This document shows, one piece after another, positions 18,270 through 27,762 of a stretch of DNA of 64,000 nucleotides. The stretch is from IMG/VR virus record IMGVR_UViG_3300005098_000230, one strand, 5' to 3'. The notes beneath the pieces are model-generated. The model ran no database searches and had not been told where the DNA came from. It was given only the letters and a program-made list of their open reading frames with translations. The DNA comes from an uncultured virus (IMG/VR IMGVR_UViG_3300005098_000230) (taxonomy: Duplodnaviria; Heunggongvirae; Uroviricota; Caudoviricetes). The translations under genes and the position numbers were made by a program. Position 1 is the first letter of the stretch, and each line of letters opens with the position of its first letter.

Positions 18270-18750
18270 CAGGAGCCAGACGGATGAACGGGCAGACGGC
18301 CAGACGAACGAACGGGCAGAGCCAGACGGACGGACGGACGGACGGGCAGACGGCCAGACGGACGAACGAACGGGCAGAGCCAGACGGACGGACGGACGGA
18401 CGGGCAGACGGCCAGACGGACGGACGAACGGGCAGACGGCCAGACGGACGAACGAACGGGCAGCCGAACGGACATGATCATAAATGCTATCACGAAACGC
18501 CAGACAAAACAGACGGACNNNNNNNNNNNNNNNNNNNNNNNNNNNNNNNNNNNNNNNNNNNNNNNNNNNNNNNNNNNNNNNNNNNNNNNNNNNNNNNNNN
18601 NNNNNNNNNNNNNNNNNNNNNNNNNNNNNNNNNNNNNNNNNNNCAGCCGAACGGACATGATCATAAATGCTATCACGAAACGCCAGACAAAACAGACGGA
18701 CAGCCGAACGGACGGGCAGGGCCAGCCAGACGGACGAACGGAGCCAGCCG
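18270..18750. repeat. Low-complexity GACG/GAAC tandem repeat array spanning an N gap (18519-18643)
   Basis: Repeated GGGCAGACGGCCAGACGGACG/GAACG units; 58 bp identical on both sides of the gap. Confidence 0.9.
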
Positions 18751-18879
18751 AACGCTATATATGAAGGAAACGCGCCTACACTGCGCTATAATAATATGAA
18801 GGATTGCACTTGCAACGGAAACTAACCTTAAAATATCGCAATTGCACACGCTTTAAGATTTCTATACGAAGAAAAACAC

Positions 18880-18907
18880 TTGACACACACGAAAAACACG
18901 CTATAAT
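18880..18907 (+). promoter_or_regulatory. Candidate rightward early promoter
   Basis: TTGACA-16 bp-TATAAT. Confidence 0.6.
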
Positions 18908-19515
18908 GATACATGAAGCACACGAACAAGCCAGACGGCTCACGCAGCCGAACAGGAGCCAGCAAACGGGCAATAGCACGACAACGGAAACCACAACGCG
19001 CTCGATTTGCTGGGGAGCGAAAAAAAGGGATAGACAAGATACTCCGATCTCCAACTCCGATCACTACCACCTAAACTCCGACTACCACCACAACTACCAC
19101 CTTCCAGCCAGAGAGCCGCTTGATTGCCCAGCTCAGAGACCTCACCACCTAAACTCCGACTTCACTCTGGGCCGGCCCTAGAAAGCGGAATAGAACGAAC
19201 CCCAGCCCTTTCCCCCGGAACGAACGAGGGGGCGCTCTAGGAAAGACGGACTTTCCGAACCTGGCACTACCCGAACAAAAAGCGGAATCTGCGAATCTCC
19301 GAGATACCAGCCAGACACCCGAGACTTAAACACCGCCTGAACAAACCGGACCCTGCGAACCGGGCAAGAATGGGCCAGGGAAACAGGGGAAGCTGAGGGA
19401 AGGCAACCAGAACCGGGCAAAGCGGGATTAGCAGGCATAAGGGGGAAAGCCTCAGAAATGAGAAACTATCCTCTCGGAGAGGGCCAGAGGCCAGATATAG
19501 CAGAACGCACAACTA

Positions 19516-19733
19516 GGCAAAGGCGATTATTACACTACACATATAACACTACACACATATATGAAGGATTGCCCTTGCACTTGCAAGAACGGCGCATTTT
19601 CATATATCACCATTGCCAGAATCGCCCACAGCCTGGGCAAAGGCGATTATTACACTACACATATATATGAAGGATTGCCCTTGCACTTGCAAGAACGGCG
19701 CATTTTCATATATCACCATTGCCAGAATCGCCC
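19516..19733 (+). repeat. Tandem direct repeat, about 100-110 bp x2
   Basis: 19516-19627 and 19636-19733 (GGCAAAGGCGATTATTACACTACAC..GCCAGAATCGCCC). Confidence 0.9.
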
Positions 19734-19859
19734 CCCCGCCTAGTGTGTGCTTCCCCGCTTGGCGGGGGATGGATACACTCTCGCCAAGTGGAGCGTGCAT
19801 TCTGCTATGTCTGGCCACTGCTTTGACAAGAGCTGGGGGTGGGCGATCCCGGGAGGTGA

Positions 19860-20336
19860 ATGATGGCGACTTTTGTGTATGGCCAGGTTTACGACCTGGG
19901 CGCAGATTACGATGACGACTATCCGGGTTATCGCTATGCTGTGCCCACCGAGTACGCGGCGGGCAAAGTAGTGAGCGACTGCTGGATCGTGAACGCCGAT
20001 GGTGAGATATGCCCAGGCTATTGCAACCACCCTGTTCTTCTCTGCGTGGACGCCCTTACCCCTGCTCCCGGGGTGACAATACCAATTACACGGCATTTCA
20101 CAGGCTTGGAACTGACCGAGGAGCAACGGTACATCCTCGAACAAAACCGGCACCTCGTCCCCGTCGAGCGTCTCGGTGATGGGGACTGGCTGGTGCTGGA
20201 CAATGTACCACCTCAGAGTGACGTGTTCCCTGACGGGCACTTCGGACCGTATATCCTCACCATCGATGGTAAGCTCCACGATGTGAACTACCACTACAGC
20301 GAATGCCACGGTATCTACGTACCGTGGAAGATATAG
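19860..20336 (+). CDS. Hypothetical protein
   Basis: GGAGGT RBS, 158-aa ORF. Confidence 0.7.
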   Translation: MMATFVYGQVYDLGADYDDDYPGYRYAVPTEYAAGKVVSDCWIVNADGEICPGYCNHPVLLCVDALTPAPGVTIPITRHFTGLELTEEQRYILEQNRHLVPVERLGDGDWLVLDNVPPQSDVFPDGHFGPYILTIDGKLHDVNYHYSECHGIYVPWKI

Positions 20337-20499
20337 CTAACCTTTACTTACACAATTTACTTACACGATTATGGGTTGATCGCCCTTCCCCAGCTCTTGT
20401 CAAGGTGGAACTATCCGCTTAGCCGCACTTGGCGGGGGATGGGGGCGGGCGATTTGCTCTGACATCCCGGAAGGAGAGTGAAAAAAGGAGAGAGAGAAA

Positions 20500-20718
20500 A
20501 TGGGATACTTTTCTGATCTTCACATCCGAATGGTTGAAAGCGGCGTCAAGCCCGAGCGGTTAACCCTGCCGCGCTGCCCGATCTGCGGATCGGAGCAGAT
20601 AGAGCTGGACATCAGCGCCGGCGGCACGATGGTGCAGGTGTTTTGCTCTGATCGGACTTGTCCGGGGTTTGACAACCCGCACTGGATCACCATCCCCCGT
20701 AGCAACAAAAGGAGGTAG
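20500..20718 (+). CDS. Zn-ribbon protein
   Basis: CPIC...CSDRTC. Confidence 0.7.
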   Translation: MGYFSDLHIRMVESGVKPERLTLPRCPICGSEQIELDISAGGTMVQVFCSDRTCPGFDNPHWITIPRSNKRR

Positions 20719-20720
20719 CG

Positions 20721-20969
20721 ATGTTTGCAGTATTACTAGACAGTGTGGTTTACACCGCAGTCGCAGAGATCGAAGGACGCTGGATTGATGGCAACAGCGG
20801 GTACGATGTAACGGGCGGTAAGCTCCTCGGCACATTCTACAAGGCCATTTACGCCAACGGTCGCAGGTTTGAATACTACCGTCAAGGACGGGATGTTTAC
20901 CAACTCTGCCCCGATGGCAGGCTGATGTGGTTTTGCGCCTGGGAAGTCGTAGACACACTGCTGCCATGA
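20721..20969 (+). CDS. Hypothetical protein
   Basis: AGGAGGT RBS. Confidence 0.7.
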   Translation: MFAVLLDSVVYTAVAEIEGRWIDGNSGYDVTGGKLLGTFYKAIYANGRRFEYYRQGRDVYQLCPDGRLMWFCAWEVVDTLLP

Positions 20970-21132
20970 TTCATATCCCCCCCACCTGGGGCGGGAAGGG
21001 CCGGACAGTAACAACGTCACGAGCGCCCGCCCCAGGTTTGCCAAATCGCCCCTCCCCATCCCCTGCCAAGTGCAAAGGACGCACGCTTGTCCGTTCCTCC
21101 TAGCCCCCAGCGGGGATGAAAGGAGGACGGAA

Positions 21133-21657
21133 ATGTCTAAGAAGCGAGTATGCAACCTGTACGATGAGATTCTTGCAAGGGTCGCCGAGGTTGAGGGCGA
21201 GCCTGACAGCCGCTTTCGGCACTGGGTCAAGCGAGTGGACAGCGTTGACCAAAACAAGACCAGCGGTTACGCCTTCGCGGGCGAGTTCATCAACGAGGGC
21301 ACGGTCGAGGTTGAAATCAAGCCGTCTGTTTACCTGGTCAAGACGGTACGCGGGTCTCGCAAGTACCAGACCGCCACGTACAATGTGGTGGTCATGGATC
21401 AGGATGGCAACCTCACCTTGACTGACATCCGCACTACTGACACTGAGCGGGGCTGGGCCTTGCGCATCCGCGACAAAGTGGCTGAGATGGTAAACCAGCA
21501 GGCCAACGCACCACAAACGGTGACAGTGGAACTGACTGGCCCGGCGCTAGAGTTCCTCACGACACTACGGGCGCGGATCGGCGGGAACATCAGTGACGCC
21601 GAGATCATCGGTGCGGCGTTAAGCCTGTACGAGATGCACACCTCAGACCGCGCTTAG
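21133..21657 (+). CDS. Hypothetical protein, possible C-terminal RHH
   Basis: AGGAGG RBS; C-term VTVEL..SDAEIIGAAL. Confidence 0.7.
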   Translation: MSKKRVCNLYDEILARVAEVEGEPDSRFRHWVKRVDSVDQNKTSGYAFAGEFINEGTVEVEIKPSVYLVKTVRGSRKYQTATYNVVVMDQDGNLTLTDIRTTDTERGWALRIRDKVAEMVNQQANAPQTVTVELTGPALEFLTTLRARIGGNISDAEIIGAALSLYEMHTSDRA

Positions 21658-21680
21658 CTCGCCACGAACGAGGTGCAGTC

Positions 21681-21932
21681 ATGGCCAAGAAGAAACCCCT
21701 TATCCCCATCGCCACCCGCAACCCGCGACGGCCATACACCATCCGCAAGATCAGCACAACGGTAAAATACAGCCGCGAGCTCCCCACTGGCGATTGGAAG
21801 AGCGTCGAGCTCTTCGCCAGCGCCACGGTTGGGGAGCACGAGGACCCGCAGGTGGCTCACCTCCTCTTATACGAGGAGCTGGCAGACACCTTGCGGAGAG
21901 TGTTCTTTCAACCGCCAAATGGACAAGAGTAG
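21681..21932 (+). CDS. Hypothetical protein
   Basis: GAGGT RBS. Confidence 0.65.
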   Translation: MAKKKPLIPIATRNPRRPYTIRKISTTVKYSRELPTGDWKSVELFASATVGEHEDPQVAHLLLYEELADTLRRVFFQPPNGQE

Positions 21933-22018
21933 CCCCGCCGCTGGGGGCTGAGAGGAGCGGACAAGTACAGCGTCTGGTATGGCCTCTGCGAGCTGGGCTG
22001 GAGAGAGGAGGAGGAAAC

Positions 22019-22237
22019 ATGCCACGGGGAATTAAGATTACCTCGCTGCATGGCCTAAAATCCGCTGGTCAGTACGACTACGCTCACAACATTGCCGAAT
22101 GCACACACTACTACTTCCGCTTTGTGGAATATGTAGATGGCAACCCTGGACGAGAATGGAGCGGTGTTGTCAAGAATGAGCAACTGTGGAATCTCCTACT
22201 GGAAGCCGGTTGCATCGCAGAGGAGGGCGAACGATGA
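22019..22237 (+). CDS. Hypothetical protein
   Basis: GGAGGAGG RBS. Confidence 0.65.
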   Translation: MPRGIKITSLHGLKSAGQYDYAHNIAECTHYYFRFVEYVDGNPGREWSGVVKNEQLWNLLLEAGCIAEEGER

Positions 22238-22665
22238 AAACCACTAAGTCGATGATGAAGATCATCACCAAGATCACGGAGAAGCATGGCGTGAAGCTGG
22301 ATCGCATCGGCGACCATATCCGCCTCGAAATGGACTGCTACGAGCCGCTGGTAATCGAGGTGGTGGGCCCGAACCAAGTAAGCGTCGCTCACTATTGCTA
22401 CAACGACTTTGGCGACGCGATGGCCGATCCCGACCTCGTTTTCTACACTGGCTTTGGGGAAGACGGCTGGGTACCAGTGGAAGCCACACTGCTCATGGGT
22501 TACACCCGTGCTGGCAGGGTATCCCCGAGAGGGGAGCTCACCCACATCAACTCCCATGCAGTGACCGATCTGGTGCGCCTCGCCAATATGTGGGCGCGGA
22601 ACATCAAGCACCAGGGCTGGCTGGAGAACGGGCGACCGCCCAGCGAGACGGAGATGGTGAAATGA
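22234..22665 (+). CDS. DUF6908-like protein
   Basis: YEPLVIE..VSVAHY..GDAMADPDLVF..WVP. Confidence 0.6.
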   Translation: MKTTKSMMKIITKITEKHGVKLDRIGDHIRLEMDCYEPLVIEVVGPNQVSVAHYCYNDFGDAMADPDLVFYTGFGEDGWVPVEATLLMGYTRAGRVSPRGELTHINSHAVTDLVRLANMWARNIKHQGWLENGRPPSETEMVK

Positions 22666-22928
22666 GCACATGCCCACGAGGAGGAGGACACCACAAGGTG
22701 CCCGAGGTCGGCGACCTCGTCTACTTCATTGAGGGCATTGACTTTGATTGGTACAAGCTCGCTGTCCCCGATGAGGTGGATGAGGTGAAAATGACGCGGC
22801 GTGGGCCGATGGTACACTTGTCAGACCTTGACCGATGGTACGCACCCAATCAGATTGTCGCCCACGGCCCGGAGGAAGGCGCATCTTTCCATGACGCGCC
22901 TTCCTACGGAGAGCTGCTTTGGGATTGA
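22662..22928 (+). CDS. Hypothetical protein
   Basis: ORF overlapping the previous stop. Confidence 0.55.
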   Translation: MSTCPRGGGHHKVPEVGDLVYFIEGIDFDWYKLAVPDEVDEVKMTRRGPMVHLSDLDRWYAPNQIVAHGPEEGASFHDAPSYGELLWD

Positions 22929-23017
22929 GCAAACTTCAGCCCAGCCCAGCTCGGAGGGGCCATACACGGCCAAAGCAAAGCGGAAAACCGCAAATATCAC
23001 ACAGAAGGAGGAAAACG

Positions 23018-24418
23018 ATGGACACCCTCAATGTATCCCAAATCTTCCCCAATCCCGATCAGCCCCGGCAGACGTTCGATCCCGACAGCCTGCGGGAGCT
23101 GGCCGAGGACATCGCCGCCCACGGCCTCATTGAGCCGTTGGTGGTTGTCAACCGCAAGCTGGACTCTGCCTACTACATCCGCCGCCTCCCAGCAGAGGTA
23201 CGGGAGTTGGTGGACGAACAGCACGCCACACACATGATCGTGGCCGGCGAGAGGCGGTGGAGGGCCTGTCACATAGCTGGCCTGACCGAGGTACCAGTGC
23301 GGGAGCTGAACCTCCACGACTCAGAGGTCTTCGAGATCGCCCTGGCAGAAAACATCACCAGGGCAGACATGAAGCCTACCGAGGAAGGGCGGGCGCTCAA
23401 TCGGTTGCGGGATAAGTACGGCTTGACCATCGCCGAAATCGCCCGCAGGTACGGCAAGAGCGAGGGCTGGGTCCGCGACCGGATCAAGCTCCTCAGCCTC
23501 GATCCCGAAATCGCCATCCTAGTGGACAGCGGGCAGGTGCCGATCAGCGTCGGCGTGGCCATCTCCAAGCTGACTCCCGACCGCCAGCATCGCGTCATCA
23601 AGCTGATGAACGAAGAGGGTCTGAATGCGATGGAAGCCTGCTTCCTCGCAGATCAGCTCTTCAACGAACAAGAACAGGGCACTCTCTTCGACCTGAGCGC
23701 GTACATGGCAGAGAGGGCAGCGGAAGCAGCGGCCAAGTGGCTGGAGAAAGGAAAGCAGACTACGGAGAAAATCCGTGACGCTCTAGTCACTGCCGTTCAG
23801 CAGTTGCCGCTGGAGGAACTGGAGGCACACATCGAGACCTGCCGCGAACTCTTGGAAGCGCGGACGCTGGTACTGGCCGGAGCCGATGAGCCTGGGCCGG
23901 GGCAGTTCGAGGTTTGTCCGCGCTGTCGGCACTATGCTGATGGCGTGTGTCTCCTGCTCCTGGAGCAGGACAACGACCCCGTTGGACTGGACGGCGAGGA
24001 GTGCTTTGAAGAGCAGCTCCCCACCCTTGAGGAATTGGAGCAAGAGATAGCCAACGACGCCAAGCTCATCCTGGCACATCCTGCTCCGGTCCACGAGATC
24101 ACGCCGAGAGTCAGCATCAAGGTCTGTCGCTTCGACACTGACCATAAGGCCCTGGCTGCTGGGGGGATCACTGGCGAGGCCGATCATCACTTAGTGGTAG
24201 CCGTGCTGATAGATGGACAAGTTGCCTTCACCCTCACTGGCGTGGAGAATGTGGACGCGGGCCGCGTGGACTTCGGCCTCGACTTCGATTATCTAGACAA
24301 CGCCACCGCCAACTTCGGGTTCGACATCAAGATGGCCGGCACAGTGTTCTCTGGCGCAGACTGGCCGCAGGTGCTGGCTCAAAGCGGGAAGGGGGAACGG
24401 CTCTATCGGGAGGACTAG
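23018..24418 (+). CDS. parB: ParB/Spo0J-family CTPase with long C-terminal extension
   Basis: PNPDQPRQTF, IVAGERRWRA, ALAENITRADM, HTH; Cys-containing C-terminal region. Confidence 0.9.
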   Translation: MDTLNVSQIFPNPDQPRQTFDPDSLRELAEDIAAHGLIEPLVVVNRKLDSAYYIRRLPAEVRELVDEQHATHMIVAGERRWRACHIAGLTEVPVRELNLHDSEVFEIALAENITRADMKPTEEGRALNRLRDKYGLTIAEIARRYGKSEGWVRDRIKLLSLDPEIAILVDSGQVPISVGVAISKLTPDRQHRVIKLMNEEGLNAMEACFLADQLFNEQEQGTLFDLSAYMAERAAEAAAKWLEKGKQTTEKIRDALVTAVQQLPLEELEAHIETCRELLEARTLVLAGADEPGPGQFEVCPRCRHYADGVCLLLLEQDNDPVGLDGEECFEEQLPTLEELEQEIANDAKLILAHPAPVHEITPRVSIKVCRFDTDHKALAAGGITGEADHHLVVAVLIDGQVAFTLTGVENVDAGRVDFGLDFDYLDNATANFGFDIKMAGTVFSGADWPQVLAQSGKGERLYRED

Positions 24419-24490
24419 CCATCCTCAACAAAGGTGGGGGACTGATGGGCAGTCCCCCACCTATCACTACCTCACTACGGAGGCAAACAC

Positions 24491-25021
24491 ATGTCTGCCA
24501 AAGACTTCATTGAGGGGGATACCATCATCCAGTTGGGCAAGATTCACCTTGCCCCAACCTGGGAATGGTGCGCCATGCCCTATCCAGGACATCCCCACGG
24601 GTGCCCCAACATCGGCAAGGGCTACCCTGACTGCCCTCCGCTGGCCCCACGGGTTGACGAGGTGATTGACCTGGATCGTGGTGTGTGGTGGATCGGTTCA
24701 GTTTTTGACCTAGCCGGGCACCGCCGCCAGATGATGGAAAAACACCCCAACTGGAGCGAGCGCAAGGCTGGCTGTGTGTACTACTGGCAACCAACCGTGC
24801 GAGCACACAACAGGCGCTTGCTGCGCCAATTCCTAGCTGAGCACCCTGATATGGTAGCTTTCAGCCCAGAGGGGTTGGGGGTTAACGTCACCCTCACCCT
24901 GCGGGAGGTGGGCGTTCACCTGAGATGGAAGTATCCCCTGGAGCGCGTCATTAAGGGCTGGATGGTGGGCTACCCACGACTTGGGTGCGAAAACCATCCC
25001 GCTCTAAGAACGCTCCCCTAG
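24491..25021 (+). CDS. DUF2284-like metal-binding protein
   Basis: C..GCPNIGK..CPP..PEGLGVNV. Confidence 0.6.
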   Translation: MSAKDFIEGDTIIQLGKIHLAPTWEWCAMPYPGHPHGCPNIGKGYPDCPPLAPRVDEVIDLDRGVWWIGSVFDLAGHRRQMMEKHPNWSERKAGCVYYWQPTVRAHNRRLLRQFLAEHPDMVAFSPEGLGVNVTLTLREVGVHLRWKYPLERVIKGWMVGYPRLGCENHPALRTLP

Positions 25022-25139
25022 CAAGATGGGGGGAGTTCCCGTGTGGGAACTCCCCCCGAAGGGTCAAAATGTTGCGTTTCCGTCGCCACCCTATGGTATA
25101 ATGGAAGCGCTCAAAGAACACGGAAAGGAGGTGACAAGC

Positions 25140-25499
25140 ATGAGGCGGCTCTGGGTTTGCAAGTACGTTGGCGGGCAGGTTCCCTCCCCTGAGTTTTTCC
25201 CCGACTTTGAGGAGCTCGGCGACGTGATCGCTGCCGACCAGTTCTTCACCCTGATCGAGGCGGAGTACGACACTCTCAATGCTGAACTTCAGCACTATCC
25301 GTACGTCCGCTTGGCGGGACACCCCGCCGACGGGCGTTGGATCAGCGAGGGTGGTGATGAGGTCTACATCCTCAATGCCACAGTTGTAACCCGCGAGGAA
25401 TTGGCCGAGGGCCTGGGATTGAAGCCGGCAGATTTCGGCGGCGAGGCGTGGGACGATGTGGACTGGGACATAGTCTGGGACCACATCCCCTCTTTCTAG
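25140..25499 (+). CDS. Acidic hypothetical protein
   Basis: AGGAGGTG RBS; upstream TGGTATAAT. Confidence 0.65.
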   Translation: MRRLWVCKYVGGQVPSPEFFPDFEELGDVIAADQFFTLIEAEYDTLNAELQHYPYVRLAGHPADGRWISEGGDEVYILNATVVTREELAEGLGLKPADFGGEAWDDVDWDIVWDHIPSF

Positions 25500-25576
25500 C
25501 CAACTCTGGGGCGACTTCCCGCGCGGGAAGTCGCCCCAAACACGCAAAGAACACGGACAGAAGGGAGAAAGAAAAA

Positions 25577-26206
25577 ATGGAGAAAAACGATGTTACCAGC
25601 TTGGTTGGAATCCCCGTCAGGTTGGAAGAGTTTTCCTGTGGTTGCTGGGGCAAGCACCAACCTCCCTACATCGAGGAAAACCAAATTGTCATCAAGGTGG
25701 GGCTGGGCTATCGCAGTAACAAGCACCTCCACGGCCAAAACCTCTATGTGCTGGAAGTAGACGCTGAGAACCGTATTGCGCTAATCGAAATGCGCAAGTA
25801 CGGCGATTTCTACAGCGCGGGCCTCTGGCACTACCTGATCGGCGTGGATGAAGTGCCCTTCATCGCCCAAGTACCGTCTACCATTGACGCGCTGGCCGAG
25901 GCGCTGGAGTATTTGAAGCCTGCAGCGGTAAAGCGAGCTGAACAGGCGGGACTAAGCGTGAAGCGTCAAGGCGACTGGTTCTTCATCCCCGTTGCTCGCG
26001 CTCCACGCGGCGAGGTCGAGCACAACGTTCCGCTGGACGATGACCATGTTGCTGCAAACATCATCCGCAAGCGAAGCGTGATCTACGTTCAAGGAGCAGT
26101 CGCGCACAGCCAACACGCAATGGTATACCTGGACACCTGGCACAAAGCGATTCGCAACAAGGCGATCCGCACTGGACGGCTGGCCCGAGGAAGCGGTGCC
26201 GACTAA
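25577..26206 (+). CDS. Hypothetical protein with RQGD motif
   Basis: RQGDWFFIP..H..HSQH. Confidence 0.65.
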   Translation: MEKNDVTSLVGIPVRLEEFSCGCWGKHQPPYIEENQIVIKVGLGYRSNKHLHGQNLYVLEVDAENRIALIEMRKYGDFYSAGLWHYLIGVDEVPFIAQVPSTIDALAEALEYLKPAAVKRAEQAGLSVKRQGDWFFIPVARAPRGEVEHNVPLDDDHVAANIIRKRSVIYVQGAVAHSQHAMVYLDTWHKAIRNKAIRTGRLARGSGAD

Positions 26207-26248
26207 AGTAATGGGGGCGGCTTTCCATGTGGAAAGCCGCCCCCAGCC

Positions 26249-26277
26249 TTGACTTTTCTCTGTGTGCATGATATAAT
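26249..26277 (+). promoter_or_regulatory. Internal promoter
   Basis: TTGACT-17 bp-TATAAT directly after a hairpin carrying a parS-like site. Confidence 0.65.
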
Positions 26278-26364
26278 AAACACGGAGAACACGAAATGCA
26301 CAAGGGGGCACTGGCCCAGCCCACGGAGGCGGGCGTGATAAAATCTGCTGATAGGAGTAAGAAG

Positions 26365-26694
26365 ATGTACAGAGAACGAACACCAGAAGAAATCTCCAGA
26401 ATGACCGAGGTCGAAATCGCTGATCTTCGAGAAGCCAGGCGGCGCAACATGGAAGCTTGGTATGCTGCCTTCTCTGGCGAGTATGACGACCCACCATTCC
26501 AGGCCCTCGCCAACAGGGGAAAGTTTCTCTTGTGGTATGACAATGGCACTGGCTGGTTTGACTGCGCGTCCCAGCACGACGACCTGGACGCCGCGATTAG
26601 GGCAGCCAAGTCGGACTGGCAGGAGACTCGCCAGTACATCACCACCGCCGATGAGAATGAAATCGTTTGGCGAAACTATGAGGAGGAAAAATGA
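26365..26694 (+). CDS. Hypothetical protein
   Basis: AGGAG RBS. Confidence 0.6.
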   Translation: MYRERTPEEISRMTEVEIADLREARRRNMEAWYAAFSGEYDDPPFQALANRGKFLLWYDNGTGWFDCASQHDDLDAAIRAAKSDWQETRQYITTADENEIVWRNYEEEK

Positions 26695-27196
26695 TCGTAA
26701 ATCTGACCCCGCATACCCTGAACATCGCCGACCGCGATGGCAACGTCATCGTAGTCATTCCCCCGTCCGGCACCGTGGCTCGCATTGCCGTCACCCGACG
26801 GCAATGCGGCGTGACTGAAGAGGGAATCCCCCTCTTCGTCCCCTCTTCGTTGCCGAGTCGGGCGAGCCGGAGGGGTTGCCTGAGCCTCGACCGGACACGA
26901 TTTACGTCGTGTCTGGCATGTTCCTCAGCCACGTTTCCCGCCCTGACTTGTACCAGCCTGGCGAACTAGTGCGCGATGAGGCCGGCCGTCCCATCGCGTG
27001 CATCGGTCTGAGCAAGCCGATGCCCCCGATGCGGCGAGCAATCGAGGAGGCCGAGGTCTGCGGGTACGTGCCCACAGAGGGGGTATACAAGTTGTGCCCC
27101 TTCTGCGAGAGGCACGTGCGTGAGTCTGAACTCGCAGATCACATCGCCACGCAACACTACGGCTTGGCAAAGGAGGTGATCTTCACTGAATGCTGA
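26691..27196 (+). pseudogene. NLTPH-motif phage protein frameshifted by an 11-bp tandem duplication
   Basis: CCCCTCTTCGT x2 at 26829-26850; removing one copy joins MIVNLTPH.. to ..LPEPRPDTIYVVS..VRDEAGRPIAC. Confidence 0.75.
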
Positions 27197-27707
27197 AGCT
27201 CTAGCTGAGAAGTTTCGACCCCTCGCAGAGGCCACTGCTCCCCGCGAGGCAGTGGCCCTCTGCGGGCTATGCCATGACCGCCACTGGATAGTGAGAACCC
27301 TGGAGAACTGCGCCAAGAGCACCCGCGCCTTCGACACGCGACCTGGCGAGTTCGAACTCGCGGTGCGCGAGCTGGCCGGCCTGGGAGTGACTAGGTTGGT
27401 ATTAGCTCACTCGCACACTAAGGCGCAGTCGAGGGGGGGCATCACCCCCTCAAATCGCGGGGACGGGAGGGGTGACGTGAACCTGCTGGGAGACCCGCAG
27501 TTCATCCAGCAGGTGAACGCGCTCCTCAAAGCCGCTGGTATCGAGCCCCCGCTTCTGCATCTTATTTACTCCGTGAGCACACGGGAGTGGGGACTGTACG
27601 AGATAAACCAGCAGCTCGGCGAGATCATCACCCGCCGGAGGAGAGGCCGTAAGGTTTACCTCCGACGCGGGTATCGGACAATTGAGAAGGGGCGACTTTC
27701 CGCATAA
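27186..27707 (+). CDS. JAB/MPN-like metalloprotease, probable CTG start
   Basis: PREAVAL, LAHSH..PS..D; AAGGAGGTGAT RBS 5 nt before an in-frame CTG. Confidence 0.55.
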   Translation: MNAEALAEKFRPLAEATAPREAVALCGLCHDRHWIVRTLENCAKSTRAFDTRPGEFELAVRELAGLGVTRLVLAHSHTKAQSRGGITPSNRGDGRGDVNLLGDPQFIQQVNALLKAAGIEPPLLHLIYSVSTREWGLYEINQQLGEIITRRRRGRKVYLRRGYRTIEKGRLSA

Positions 27708-27762
27708 GTTTCCATGTGGAAAGTCGCCCCTGTCAAGACGAAATAGGAAGGGAGAAAGAGCT

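Larger units (their letters stand above)
19823..22965 (+). repeat. Four tandem pairs of long-range inverted repeats, each enclosing 1-3 genes
   Basis: 19823-19848/20378-20403; 20425-20456/21042-21073; 21086-21113/21938-21965; 21977-22001/22941-22965. Confidence 0.9.

Noticed and set aside
18461..18701. 58-bp exact repeat flanking the N gap as a biological direct repeat
   Set aside because: May be a scaffolding overlap artefact; cannot be resolved without reads
18270..18750. Possible CRISPR array
   Set aside because: No unique spacers; degenerate tetramer repeats; no cas genes
18113..18799. ORFs with RTDG/VRPS repeats
   Set aside because: Translations of the microsatellite across an N gap; no RBS
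19823..20403. IS/MITE with terminal inverted repeats
   Set aside because: No transposase or target duplication; three neighbouring cassettes have different repeats with a G-U bias
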